Virus record (IMG/VR): IMGVR_UViG_3300020048_000002
DNA length: 64,000 nucleotides
Strand: one strand, 5' to 3'
Origin: a virus
Lineage: Duplodnaviria; Caudoviricetes
Every line of letters starts with the position of its first letter. Position 1 is the stretch's first letter. Positions 31,493 to 41,544 of this stretch are shown here, one piece after another. A program made the position numbers and the translations under genes. Under the pieces are notes generated by a model. It made no database searches. It saw only the letters and a program-made list of their open reading frames with translations, and was not told where the DNA came from.

Positions 31493-34078
31493 TCAGGCTC
31501 GCTTGTTGAGCAGGTTGCCCTTGATGCGGAAAACGGTCGCAACCGTCGTGTTCGCCGTCGGGTCGGGGTCAAACACCACATTGTTCTGGTTGTCGAACTC
31601 CGCCTCCCGGAGGAGAAGGATCAAAACAAGTTGACCCTTGAAACCAAGAGGGCTGTCCGCCGTCAACTCCGCCAACATGGGGAGGAAGTTCCGGTGCTTC
31701 TTGGCGTCCGTGAGAGGTTGGGCGTAGGCATTCGGCACGTACGTCCCAACTGGAACCGTGGGGAAGTAGCTACGCCCTTCAATGTCGACGTCACCTGCAA
31801 GTCGAGTGAAAACCGCCTCTTGCGGGTTCGGGGTATACCCAACATAGGTCGGCATCTTCAGCATACCGGTTGAGGCGTTGAACTCCCCGGTGTAGATCGC
31901 CGCACCAGCGGCAAGCTCGTGGTCCCCGTTGAACGTCCCCACAGACGTTGGGAAGATACCCCCCATCTGAACATAGGCCGTCTCGTAGGGATACGCCGTA
32001 TCCTCCGACCCGGAGCCCACCGTGAGGCTATAGATCGACGAGTCGACGCTACGTGGAATGACTGTAAGAGTCGTCCCGATCAGGGCTTCCCGTGCCGTCT
32101 GAGGTGCTCGGCTGTAGAAGTACAACGTAATCTGAGCGCCACCTTCGGGGTAAGGGCGCAAAGCACGGTATGTGATTGTTAGAATGTCCGTCCCGATCGT
32201 TGTCGTGCCGTTTAGGTTGATACGACGCCCATCAGGCTCCAGAGTCGGGATGGTGAAAATCGGAAGCCCGTTCTTCAAGATAGTGATCGGACTCGCGTCC
32301 GAAGCACGCTCTGGAAGGATGCAGTAGGTCGCCAAAAACGGGCTTTCGGCTATCTGAGTGATGGTGTTGACGACCGTGTACTGCAACTGCACCTCTCGGT
32401 GCGGGGCGTCAAAAACAGGGTTGTTCACCGAGAAACCCGGCGGGAAAACACCAGGGTTATTGAGGGCGAACGTGTACCAAAGCGGGGCACTCTCGTACGT
32501 GTCCGTGGGAGTCCGCGTTAGACCCAGACCAGAGGGCCATGCGACAAGCACATCAACGAAAATGCGCTCATCCGTCAAGCCAGGGGGCAGCACAGCATCC
32601 AAGGTCACCGTGGGAGCGATGATGGGCTGAATACCAAGACCTGTAACTTGAACGATGTAGGCCAAAGCATCGGTCGTTACCTTGCCTGCTGCCTCACCAA
32701 CCCAGCGAGCCGCAGTCACGTCCAAGAACATGACCTCGGGAGGGTTTCGAGAAGCCCAGTTGAAAGCAGCGTTGGGGTAAATCGGCAAGCTCGTTGGGTC
32801 GATCGTGAACGTGTCGCCGGGGAGCCAGTTACCGCCACCGGAACGACTGATGGCTACCGTGATGATCTCGTAGATCGGACGATCCGAGAAAAACCGTCGA
32901 GCGTTGTCGAACTGTCCGATGAACTCACCTCCGGGGGTATCCCCCGTGATGATGCCATCGCCAGGCAGCACTCCAATCTCGTTCGCCGTGAGCACGGTGT
33001 GTCCGTCACAACCACCGCCTGAAGTCGTCGTGGTCCAATCCGTTCGGATCACGTTGTCGAGCAAGTAGCTCAGATTCTTCGCCAGAACCTCTTGGTAGTT
33101 CCAGCCGACAGGGCTCACGCCCATGCGAAGGTCTACAATGTCCTTCGAGTCGAGGATGTCGTAGAACAAGCCATCCGGACGATCCGAAGGCCCAGGAGAC
33201 GCCACACCGCCGTTGTGGTTCGTGTTGCGATCAAAGGCCGTCTGGTTGCGTCGGAACACCGCCATCAAGGGGATGGCGTACATGTACCCGTCCACCGTGT
33301 TGAGAGCGTTGAGGGGGTTTCCGTCCCCTGCGACCCAAAGGCCCGCATCCCCAGCCGCCGACTGGTTCGCGTACAGAAAGGCAGTAGCAACACCGTCGGG
33401 TGTTGCTGCATTCGGGGGCACCGAGTTGGCCACAACCGAGGGATCGTCGATGCCGTAGGGGTAGGCGAACAGGTCCACCCCTGAGATGACACGTAGGCGA
33501 TACTGGATCTGAACTCGCTTGGTCGTCTCTGCCCCTACGGCCACATCGAGGATGTCGTCGGCGGGGTTGAGGGCCGCATCATCCGCCGGGTTGATCTTGA
33601 CGTTACCGTTGAGCCAGATCCGACCAAGAGGGCTCTTTCCATCCGTAGAGGGGGAAGCCGAGATGAGCTTCCGCCAAACCTCTAAGATGACAAGATCGGT
33701 ACGTTTGGACCCAGCGCCCACCGGAGCTGCCGGTAGGATAAAGTCGTTGCTCGTGGCGCTATCGGTGTAGCTAATGTTGAGCAGCCAACCGTTGACGTGG
33801 GCTTTCAGGTCGTTGGGAATCGACAACTGGTCGGCCACCACGGAAGGGGTGAAGATGGCCGCAGCCATGTCCGACGAAGCGGTAAAATCGTCAGAAATCC
33901 ACCCCGAAGGGGTCGAACGACGAAGAGCGGCTTGCCCATACCCGGAAGAAAGATCCTCGACAAGATTGATCTCCTTGTCGAGAACCGGCTTACCGGCCTG
34001 GAATACTGGATTCTCCCAGTTACGCCCCGAAGGATCGAGGTAGCCGGATACTGCGGGTCCGTAGTTCTTGGTGGTCAT
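31493..34078 (-). CDS. virion (baseplate) protein, 861 aa, paralog of 23910-28277
   Basis: 'FQAGKPVLDKEINL', 'RVQIQYRLRV', 'TVDGYMYAIPL..VFRRN', 'RPDGLF.D'. Confidence 0.7.
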   Translation of the reverse strand: MTTKNYGPAVSGYLDPSGRNWENPVFQAGKPVLDKEINLVEDLSSGYGQAALRRSTPSGWISDDFTASSDMAAAIFTPSVVADQLSIPNDLKAHVNGWLLNISYTDSATSNDFILPAAPVGAGSKRTDLVILEVWRKLISASPSTDGKSPLGRIWLNGNVKINPADDAALNPADDILDVAVGAETTKRVQIQYRLRVISGVDLFAYPYGIDDPSVVANSVPPNAATPDGVATAFLYANQSAAGDAGLWVAGDGNPLNALNTVDGYMYAIPLMAVFRRNQTAFDRNTNHNGGVASPGPSDRPDGLFYDILDSKDIVDLRMGVSPVGWNYQEVLAKNLSYLLDNVIRTDWTTTTSGGGCDGHTVLTANEIGVLPGDGIITGDTPGGEFIGQFDNARRFFSDRPIYEIITVAISRSGGGNWLPGDTFTIDPTSLPIYPNAAFNWASRNPPEVMFLDVTAARWVGEAAGKVTTDALAYIVQVTGLGIQPIIAPTVTLDAVLPPGLTDERIFVDVLVAWPSGLGLTRTPTDTYESAPLWYTFALNNPGVFPPGFSVNNPVFDAPHREVQLQYTVVNTITQIAESPFLATYCILPERASDASPITILKNGLPIFTIPTLEPDGRRINLNGTTTIGTDILTITYRALRPYPEGGAQITLYFYSRAPQTAREALIGTTLTVIPRSVDSSIYSLTVGSGSEDTAYPYETAYVQMGGIFPTSVGTFNGDHELAAGAAIYTGEFNASTGMLKMPTYVGYTPNPQEAVFTRLAGDVDIEGRSYFPTVPVGTYVPNAYAQPLTDAKKHRNFLPMLAELTADSPLGFKGQLVLILLLREAEFDNQNNVVFDPDPTANTTVATVFRIKGNLLNKRA

Positions 34079-34118
34079 TGAGCAACCCTCTGCGCCATGA
34101 TTCGAACCTAAGACCCGA

Positions 34119-34763
34119 TTAGAAGGTCAAGCGCCAGGTGATCGAAAGAGTCGACGTAGGTGGCTTGGTGATCGCGCCGAAGGTCAGGTAGTTCACCAAC
34201 GTCTCTTTTGTGGTTAGATCCACCGAAGGATTATAGGGGCCGTTGGGTGGAGACACCGGATTCTTGATGGCAAGGTTCGTCGAAACGTTGCCGCCCAAGA
34301 TCCCCATCTCGCATAGCGGGCCGACCGCCTCCGACTCTGCGAACGTTGTCGTGAAGTCCACGACGTTGGTCGGGATCGCAGTCGGGGCACCCCCGGCATC
34401 AATGAACTGAGTGTTCGCAAACGTCTTGCGGCTCAGCTCCGAGTACAGGGCACGCTGCGTCACGGTAGGAGCTGGGGGGTTCAAAGGGTCCCAACCCACA
34501 TCCCCGGTACCGACCGCCAGACAGAAGGCCCCGAACGGGGGCTCCTGGTTGTCCTTCATCAGGCGAGCGATGAGGATACTGGCATCCCGAACCACGAGGT
34601 TACGGTGCTCCCGCTTCTCCTGAAGCTCTCCCGTGGCCCCGTCACGAAGCTCCAAGAATACGTCGCCACGAATGTGGTAGCCCTTGGGCTCTTCGGCGCG
34701 AGTTGCAAGGTTGAGTGCAAAACGGGTTTCTTGCGGGCGAGGAAGTGCCTCGACGTTCTTCAT
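34119..34763 (-). CDS. tail-collar/baseplate protein
   Basis: 'NLVV...LAVGTG...L..EL.RK...F...EA.G.L.EMG' pattern of tail-collar fibre N-terminal domains. Confidence 0.65.
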   Translation of the reverse strand: MKNVEALPRPQETRFALNLATRAEEPKGYHIRGDVFLELRDGATGELQEKREHRNLVVRDASILIARLMKDNQEPPFGAFCLAVGTGDVGWDPLNPPAPTVTQRALYSELSRKTFANTQFIDAGGAPTAIPTNVVDFTTTFAESEAVGPLCEMGILGGNVSTNLAIKNPVSPPNGPYNPSVDLTTKETLVNYLTFGAITKPPTSTLSITWRLTF

Positions 34764-34836
34764 CTGGGTCTCCTGCGTTCAACAAGGGCGGGCGAATAAG
34801 AGGAACCGCGCCCACCCCAAGGCGACCCAAGCTCGT

Positions 34837-36123
34837 TTAGCTAACTACCAAGTCAGCCGCAACACCGGAGTCCGCCGTGAGTGTCCCTGCTGCCGAGAAT
34901 ACACCACTCGCCGCCGCCGTGACCACCGAAGAAGCAACCATCGAAGCAGAAGAAGGATCTCCCACCAGAATGGTCGTCATCGGACCCGGTGGGATGGGAG
35001 CCAGGTTGTTTGCCGTGATGAAAGCCACCGGAGGAGGCCCCACCGGAGTGAAAAGCCCCCAGTAGGTGTTGTTGAGCAGGGACACGAAGTCCTTGTCCCA
35101 AGGCTCCCGCACCTGAATCTCGGCGCGACCCGAGTGCGGAGGAGGTACCGTCTCCTCGTAGATCGCCCCTAGCTCTAGCTTCGCTTCCACCAACCGGGGG
35201 AACGGAGCCCACAGGGCCACCCCCGACTGCCCCAACCCCGTCTGAGGCCCGCCTTGCTGCCAAGTGTAAAGGGCTTTAGGGTCAACAGGGGAGGGAGGGA
35301 CGTAAGTGTCGTAAGCGGTCGTACAGACGTCAACCTGATCAATCTGAATGACCGAGTTAGCGAGAGGGACTTCGAGGGCCGGGCTGAAGAACACAAGCCC
35401 CAAAGGGTTCCCGTAGAGACCCCCTTGCACCTCACCCGTGAACGAACTCAGCGTGGCCGTGAACGACTTGCTTGTCTCGACATACTGGATGGTCCGGGTG
35501 TTTGGCACCAAGGACAATCCCCCCGTGCTCTTCACGGCCAGGCTAACGTAGACCGCGTACCACTCCAAGGAGACGAGATCCGTCCCAAGGGTAAGGACGA
35601 GCGAGAGTACGTTGCTCGGTTGCTCCAGCTCCACACTGTCGATGGGGAGGATATTCCCATCGATCATGCGAACGCCGTAACTTGCCAGGTTCGTCAGGTT
35701 GACGTCCGCTTGCATGGTCAACGAGAACTGCAAGCGAATGCGTCGTTTTGTCAGTGCCTTGGCGATAAAACCAGGGTTGATCGCAAAACCGGTGAAGTTC
35801 GCCGTACGGTAAACAACATCGAGGGGAAGCCCAGCAGTTGAGCGAGCTTGGCCTACGGTGACTGTGTAAAGAGCGTAGCTCTGCTCACTCGTCGTGAGAC
35901 GAATCGTATTGATCGAGGCGAACTCAGCCGAAATAACCGTGAGGCCCGGAATCGTGTAGTTGGCCGGGCTGAGAATCGGCGGAAAGGCTACGTCCAAAGG
36001 TTGAGTGAACTGGACGAGAACCGTGTACGGGTTTGGAGCCTCTGCGGAGTGGACTCGAAGATCCCCAGAAGTCCCCCCGTAAGGGCTTTTGCCGTACGCG
36101 CCTTTGCCGAAGTATCCGATCAT
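34837..36123 (-). CDS. virion protein with two Ig-like domains
   Basis: Two 'V.F...L.......NY.I' Ig-type repeats; G.YG repeats at the N-terminus. Confidence 0.65.
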   Translation of the reverse strand: MIGYFGKGAYGKSPYGGTSGDLRVHSAEAPNPYTVLVQFTQPLDVAFPPILSPANYTIPGLTVISAEFASINTIRLTTSEQSYALYTVTVGQARSTAGLPLDVVYRTANFTGFAINPGFIAKALTKRRIRLQFSLTMQADVNLTNLASYGVRMIDGNILPIDSVELEQPSNVLSLVLTLGTDLVSLEWYAVYVSLAVKSTGGLSLVPNTRTIQYVETSKSFTATLSSFTGEVQGGLYGNPLGLVFFSPALEVPLANSVIQIDQVDVCTTAYDTYVPPSPVDPKALYTWQQGGPQTGLGQSGVALWAPFPRLVEAKLELGAIYEETVPPPHSGRAEIQVREPWDKDFVSLLNNTYWGLFTPVGPPPVAFITANNLAPIPPGPMTTILVGDPSSASMVASSVVTAAASGVFSAAGTLTADSGVAADLVVS

Positions 36124-36124
36124 G

Positions 36125-39100
36125 TTAGCTCACCACGGAGACGCTGACTTGATTCTGCCCTGGGTTTCGCTCGATACGGTACGTGTGGAAAGCTCCGTCG
36201 AGGAAGTCGAACGGAACGCCTCCAAGCACAAGACCGCTGTTGAGATCCAGGACAACAACGTACCTGTCTCCCGACGGGTACGTCACGAACGCTAGGGCTA
36301 GCGTCATCCCAATCGCTGAGAACCCAAGACGAATCTGCGAGTCTCCCAACCCAAACGTACCGTCTGAGAGAACTCTCATCCGGAAAGTGATTTGGGTGGA
36401 TAGACTCGGGGAGTCCGTGAGCGGGGTGGCGTTGCGGTAGATGGCTCTTGTTCCAACAACATCCGTTCCGAAGGTCAAACTTCCAGCGAACGAAGTTGCT
36501 GTGACGTGAGAGAGATCGTCGGCTGCCAGGACCCAAGGCGTTGGCTGGTCCGGGGCGTTCTCTGGGAGGGTGCTGCCATCGTACGAAAGACACACCTCTT
36601 TTTGCCAAGTGAAGGCGTACGACTGAGGGTTGCACTCGTCGTCGAACGGGGCGATGATGTCTTGTGTGCCGGTCGTTTGCTCGATGACCTGCAAGCTGTT
36701 GTAAAGGACGTCATCGGGCACGAGGAGTCGCCAACGAGTGGCCCCATCGTTGAACTTGAAGTCCCCGTCCGAGTTGAACACGTCCTCCGGGGTGTTGAAC
36801 GACGAGATGAACTCACGTACGGGGGTTGGGATCTGTCCCTGTCGGATTGGATGGATCTGGAACTCCAGCCCCGCAGCCGTCGAGTACAGGAAGCGGTCAA
36901 GGTAGAGGGTATCGTTCCCGCTCGGTGCGATCTGCATGATCCGGTAGACCCCAGCAAGAGGGCCGCTGCGGATCACCAGAGAAGCGCCTACGAGAAGCCC
37001 CGGAACAGCGGTGAAGTTGACACCTACGGCCTGGAACGTTCTCGATCCGTTGGCTTGCCCGGTCGACCCTCTTGCAAGAATAACGTCCGGTAGGTACCCC
37101 TGATCGTACATCGCCCAGGTCTGAGTCCAGGGGACGAGGGGCGTACCATCGTTGAGCTGAGTGTAAGCCAAAAGGGCTGGGTTCGCCAAGAAGTCTGGAT
37201 CCGTCTGGGGCGGAATTCCAGTGGAGCTGCTCCAGTAGTCCGTGTGGGCGTGAGGCAGAACCGTCCTCAAGTGCTCGGGGGACGCGATCACGTTCCGTTG
37301 GTTCATCACCTGGTGGTGAGGAACGATCCGAAGCTCCGTGGGCGACCGGGTGATTCCGTAGCGAACGTAATCCCACGACGAAGAAGACAGGTTGGTCGGA
37401 TCGAAAGCGCCCCAAACAATGGAGGGGAGCCCTCCCGAGATGACCGTGGGTACACCAAGGCCGCTCGGAGGCAAGTCGGCGTTGTTGTAGCCTACCTGGA
37501 TGAGCGGTACAGGGTCGGAGTCGAGAAGGACCGACACATCGCCGCTTGGGGTTCGTAGCAACCGGTACTTGTGGTAGGTAGTCCAGTCCGTCTCACTTGG
37601 AACCCGGTAGTCTACCTCACTCGGCTGAAGCGGGAACGGGGTCGCAGCATTGACGACGAGCGTGGTCGGGTTGGGGACCGCCGCAACCTCGTACGTGCCC
37701 TTATTTCCACCGCTGTCGATAACAAGCACGTCCCCTGGAACCACCGAGGCCAAGAAGTTGGCCAACGTATCCGTGAGAACGTTGCCGACAACCGTGGCGT
37801 TTGACCCTCGAACTTTGAGCGGCAAGTGGTAGCCGACCAGGCTATTGGAATCCGCACCTCGCCAAAGGCCAACGTAATACTTCTGTCCAGGCAAGACTCG
37901 CCAAGAGTTGACGTAGTGCCAATCCACCACGCTGACTGCGAACGAACTCAGAGGGTGAGCCGATCCGAAGGAAAGAACTCCATTCGGACCACCTCCCGGA
38001 GCCGTGAAGCTCGTGTAGGCTAGAGATCCCAGGAACGTTGAGTCAACGAACAAGGAAACGATGTCCGCTCCCGTGTTCTTGATGATTCGGTACGTGTGCG
38101 GCTGACCGTCGAACCAGTTGAAGGTAAACGCAGCGAGCACCGTCCCGTCCGAGTGGAGGGCAACCTTCCGAACTCCGGCCACTTCTTGAAGAAGGACTCC
38201 AAGGGTTCGGCCCCCATCGAACACGTCCGCCGTCACTCCGGCAAATCCGATGGGGTCAGTGACGTAGGATCGGACTTGGCAACGGAACTCCATCATGTAG
38301 TCCGTTGCCGATCCGATGACCCGTGCAGGGTTAAGCTGCGGGGCAAGGTCGTCTACGTAGTAAACGAGCCCGTTTGTGTTCGAGGCATCCTCGATTCGGA
38401 GGACACGCCCGAGCATGGACCCGGTTGCTGTCCCCGTGGAGAACCACGGGGTGGGAGACCACGAGGTAGGTAGACTACGGCCACCATAGCCTAGTTTTGG
38501 TGCCGCCTGGCTCGTCAGAAACGACAACTGAGTAAGGCGATCCCCGTCGTCGATGGCCGCCATGATGGCGTTGGGGGCGATACCGTGCGTTGAGGTCAGC
38601 CCCTTCAAGTTGACGTCCAAGACCACATCCGAGGAAGCCGCCAAAAGGGGCTCCAGTCGTGTGAACCCTCGGAAGTCCCCTCCGATCAACCCAACAGCGG
38701 CTTCGGTCGCCGTGTCTGTGGCGCTGGTTGACTCCAACAGCAGGTAGTTCGAGCCTTGAATCGTCTCCGTCCCGTGGTAGCCGATCGGGGTCCACGGTGG
38801 GGGCGACGCTTCGGGCTTCTGGTTCGCCTCGTAGCTGACGAAGATGCTCGGCTCTGTCTGTAGCGGGTTGGTGGGAAGCACCTGATACCGCACGAAACCC
38901 CAGACCGAAGTGCTCGTGGCGGGTCGAGAGATTGACCCCCAGAACGCCTGTTGCACCTCGTTGAACGGTGCCGCCACCTCCTCTAGGAAAGGAAGGTCCT
39001 CTTCGTAAACCCGAAGGGTCTCGACTACCCCGCCGTCGAGATAAATGCGAACGATACCATCTTTGCCCCGGTAGAGACGGTAGCTGTGGACTACGGTCCA

Positions 39101-41533
39101 GTCGAGATCAACCGGAGCGTTCGTGGCGTTGTTCGATCCGTCGATCCCTCCAATCCAAGCTGCGGGATCTCCTGGGTTGTCTCCGTACCCTTGGCGAAGG
39201 ACACCAAACTTCTTGACGCCCCCAACCTCAACGAAGCCCACGACCACAGCTCGCTTGTCCGTCGAGTAGCCCGCTGCTACCCCGGAGAAAACTCCTTGGT
39301 ACGAAGGGACCGCCGTGACGTACATGCGCCAAGCTAAGGCAAACACATGGGGGAAGGTGAGGTCCAAATCCCGCCGCCAAAAAAGCGGTTGACCAGAAGG
39401 GAACGGACCGCTGAGCGTATCGTCGACGTACAGCTCGTTGCCAAAGATGCTGGCCGACCCCGATCCGAGACGATCCCATGGATCGGTCGTCATGTTCTCC
39501 GGGAGATCCGTGGGGTCGTACGTGACGAAAGATGCCGATACTCGACGCTCCAAGGGAGGGTAAGCTACCTTGTGGATCGGCGTGTTGAACACCAGAAGGT
39601 TGGGGTCGTTAAGAACCGGGGTGTAAGCTCGCTCGTAGGCGCGGTAGTGTAGCTCCCGGTTGTAGGGCTGCTCCGAAGTAGCCAGCACCACACTGCTTTG
39701 GTCGAGAATCGCCCAAGAGGCGTAAGGTCCAACCAAAGACGCTGGGGACACCTGCACCGACGTCGTGGACAGGACGGAATCGATGCGATAAACGCTGCCA
39801 TCCGACAGGGCAAGCGTCAGCCCTACGAAGTCCGTCAGGCAGTTGGATCCGGCGAGCGTGATTTGGTTCGGCGCGACAACCGTGGTCCCGGTCCCTTGCT
39901 GGATGGTCGTCGATGGGGTGAAGGACGACGGTTCCAGCAGGACGTTGTTGTAGCGGTACTTGTGGCTCGTGATGTCGTTAGGTCGACCAAGGTCTCGGTT
40001 CCAGTTGTTGAACCGGAACTCTTTGGAGTTGAGCCGGGCGCAATCCACCGTGGGGTTACAAACCCACGAGTAGTCCACCTTGACATCATCCGAGGGTGCT
40101 GGGACAAAAGGCAGCACGACCTGCCCCAGCAAACCGATCACGGACTCGGGTACAACAGGGGTACCGTTGATCCGCACCGAAACATGGGCCGGGTCATCTG
40201 CGATCTGCCCGTCCCGAGGGTCGTAGATCGACCACGTTGTGGCCTGTGTGTCGGGTAGCGAGAAGCTCGCTTTGACGCGGACACGGTTCGACGCCAGTAC
40301 TTGCGTCACCATGTAGTCGCCGTCGTTTTTCCCGGTTCCGATGAGCTTCAAGTAGCGACCCACAACGTCGCTAGCCATGGTACCCACGGGTACCTGGACA
40401 TCGGTCGTGTTCAGGATCGTTGCGTTGATCCCCTCTCGAAGGTTGAGCGGGGGTCGAGCAATCGGTCCCTTGTCCGTGAAAATGCTCCTGGAAGCTAGGG
40501 GGATGGAGCTACTGAAAACGGACGTGTTGAACAGAGGGTCGATGGGGTTGCCAGCGACATCCTTGGGCGTACCCGCCGCATTGACCGTCAGAAGATAGGA
40601 TCCGGCCGTTAGCCCGCTGAGCTTGAGCGCAACTTGACTCGACGAGACGGGCCGCACACCCACGACTTCAACTGTGGAAGGCCCTGTCACGGTGTACTCG
40701 TTTGGATCCGTGAGGGCGGCGTCAAAACGCATCGCCTCTCCGAAGTCGAGCACCAAGTCACCCTCTGCCTCTTGCCCGGTAGCATCCAACTGAGGCCGTT
40801 CGGCGTAGGCCACCCAAGTCCCAGAGAACGAAACAGGATCGCCTGACTTGGAGAAGGCCCGGACACGACCGTAGTAGGTCGCCCCGTTCGTCGCCTTCGA
40901 GGTGGTGATGTCGAGCCCTTGAACAGCCGACGTGATAACGAAGTCGAACTGTTCTGCGTCTCCCGTTACCAAGGGGGAGTCTAAAGACACAAGAGGCGAA
41001 ACAAGAGCCGTGATCCTGTACCGGCCTACATTTGGCCCCTCAAGAATCGAAAGGTAATCCCCGATCTGGATTTGAGGTAGAAGGGCTCCACCAACATCGA
41101 TCGTGAGCGAATCGACAACAACGCCAGAGCCGGATTGTTTGGCTGTGGTGTCAGTCTGGATCCGCTCGATCGAAAAGGGGTAAGCCCCACCGAGGGGGCG
41201 GAAGTCGAAGTTGGCGGCATCGGTGGTGCCCTCGAAACGAACTTCCTGGGGGAAGTTGACTCGGAGCTTTCGACCCGTAAGGTTGAGAAAGAGATCCCCT
41301 GAGCCGAGGTCGCTCACGACCGACGAATCAGCGACGATGCCCGCTGAGAGGTCGAGCACTACCCGAGGGATGAACGTCGAGTCGGCTACGAGATCGGCTT
41401 GCAGGTCTAGAGGTAGGATCGGAACGCAAGCCGAGTCCGCCACAAGATCAGCTTGCAAGTCGACTGTGGGTCCCCCCTCAGCCTCACCGCCGTAGGCTGC
41501 GTGCCCGTAGCTATCGTGGCCGTATCCACTCAT
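36125..41533 (-). CDS. very large virion protein (1802 aa) with Ig-like and repeated lectin-like beta-sandwich domains
   Basis: Recurring 'LP....PW' ... 'H.YR' modules (HSYRL, HTYRI, HKYRL, HTYRI). Confidence 0.7.
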   Translation of the reverse strand: MSGYGHDSYGHAAYGGEAEGGPTVDLQADLVADSACVPILPLDLQADLVADSTFIPRVVLDLSAGIVADSSVVSDLGSGDLFLNLTGRKLRVNFPQEVRFEGTTDAANFDFRPLGGAYPFSIERIQTDTTAKQSGSGVVVDSLTIDVGGALLPQIQIGDYLSILEGPNVGRYRITALVSPLVSLDSPLVTGDAEQFDFVITSAVQGLDITTSKATNGATYYGRVRAFSKSGDPVSFSGTWVAYAERPQLDATGQEAEGDLVLDFGEAMRFDAALTDPNEYTVTGPSTVEVVGVRPVSSSQVALKLSGLTAGSYLLTVNAAGTPKDVAGNPIDPLFNTSVFSSSIPLASRSIFTDKGPIARPPLNLREGINATILNTTDVQVPVGTMASDVVGRYLKLIGTGKNDGDYMVTQVLASNRVRVKASFSLPDTQATTWSIYDPRDGQIADDPAHVSVRINGTPVVPESVIGLLGQVVLPFVPAPSDDVKVDYSWVCNPTVDCARLNSKEFRFNNWNRDLGRPNDITSHKYRYNNVLLEPSSFTPSTTIQQGTGTTVVAPNQITLAGSNCLTDFVGLTLALSDGSVYRIDSVLSTTSVQVSPASLVGPYASWAILDQSSVVLATSEQPYNRELHYRAYERAYTPVLNDPNLLVFNTPIHKVAYPPLERRVSASFVTYDPTDLPENMTTDPWDRLGSGSASIFGNELYVDDTLSGPFPSGQPLFWRRDLDLTFPHVFALAWRMYVTAVPSYQGVFSGVAAGYSTDKRAVVVGFVEVGGVKKFGVLRQGYGDNPGDPAAWIGGIDGSNNATNAPVDLDWTVVHSYRLYRGKDGIVRIYLDGGVVETLRVYEEDLPFLEEVAAPFNEVQQAFWGSISRPATSTSVWGFVRYQVLPTNPLQTEPSIFVSYEANQKPEASPPPWTPIGYHGTETIQGSNYLLLESTSATDTATEAAVGLIGGDFRGFTRLEPLLAASSDVVLDVNLKGLTSTHGIAPNAIMAAIDDGDRLTQLSFLTSQAAPKLGYGGRSLPTSWSPTPWFSTGTATGSMLGRVLRIEDASNTNGLVYYVDDLAPQLNPARVIGSATDYMMEFRCQVRSYVTDPIGFAGVTADVFDGGRTLGVLLQEVAGVRKVALHSDGTVLAAFTFNWFDGQPHTYRIIKNTGADIVSLFVDSTFLGSLAYTSFTAPGGGPNGVLSFGSAHPLSSFAVSVVDWHYVNSWRVLPGQKYYVGLWRGADSNSLVGYHLPLKVRGSNATVVGNVLTDTLANFLASVVPGDVLVIDSGGNKGTYEVAAVPNPTTLVVNAATPFPLQPSEVDYRVPSETDWTTYHKYRLLRTPSGDVSVLLDSDPVPLIQVGYNNADLPPSGLGVPTVISGGLPSIVWGAFDPTNLSSSSWDYVRYGITRSPTELRIVPHHQVMNQRNVIASPEHLRTVLPHAHTDYWSSSTGIPPQTDPDFLANPALLAYTQLNDGTPLVPWTQTWAMYDQGYLPDVILARGSTGQANGSRTFQAVGVNFTAVPGLLVGASLVIRSGPLAGVYRIMQIAPSGNDTLYLDRFLYSTAAGLEFQIHPIRQGQIPTPVREFISSFNTPEDVFNSDGDFKFNDGATRWRLLVPDDVLYNSLQVIEQTTGTQDIIAPFDDECNPQSYAFTWQKEVCLSYDGSTLPENAPDQPTPWVLAADDLSHVTATSFAGSLTFGTDVVGTRAIYRNATPLTDSPSLSTQITFRMRVLSDGTFGLGDSQIRLGFSAIGMTLALAFVTYPSGDRYVVVLDLNSGLVLGGVPFDFLDGAFHTYRIERNPGQNQVSVSVVS

Positions 41534-41544
41534 GGGGATCCTCG

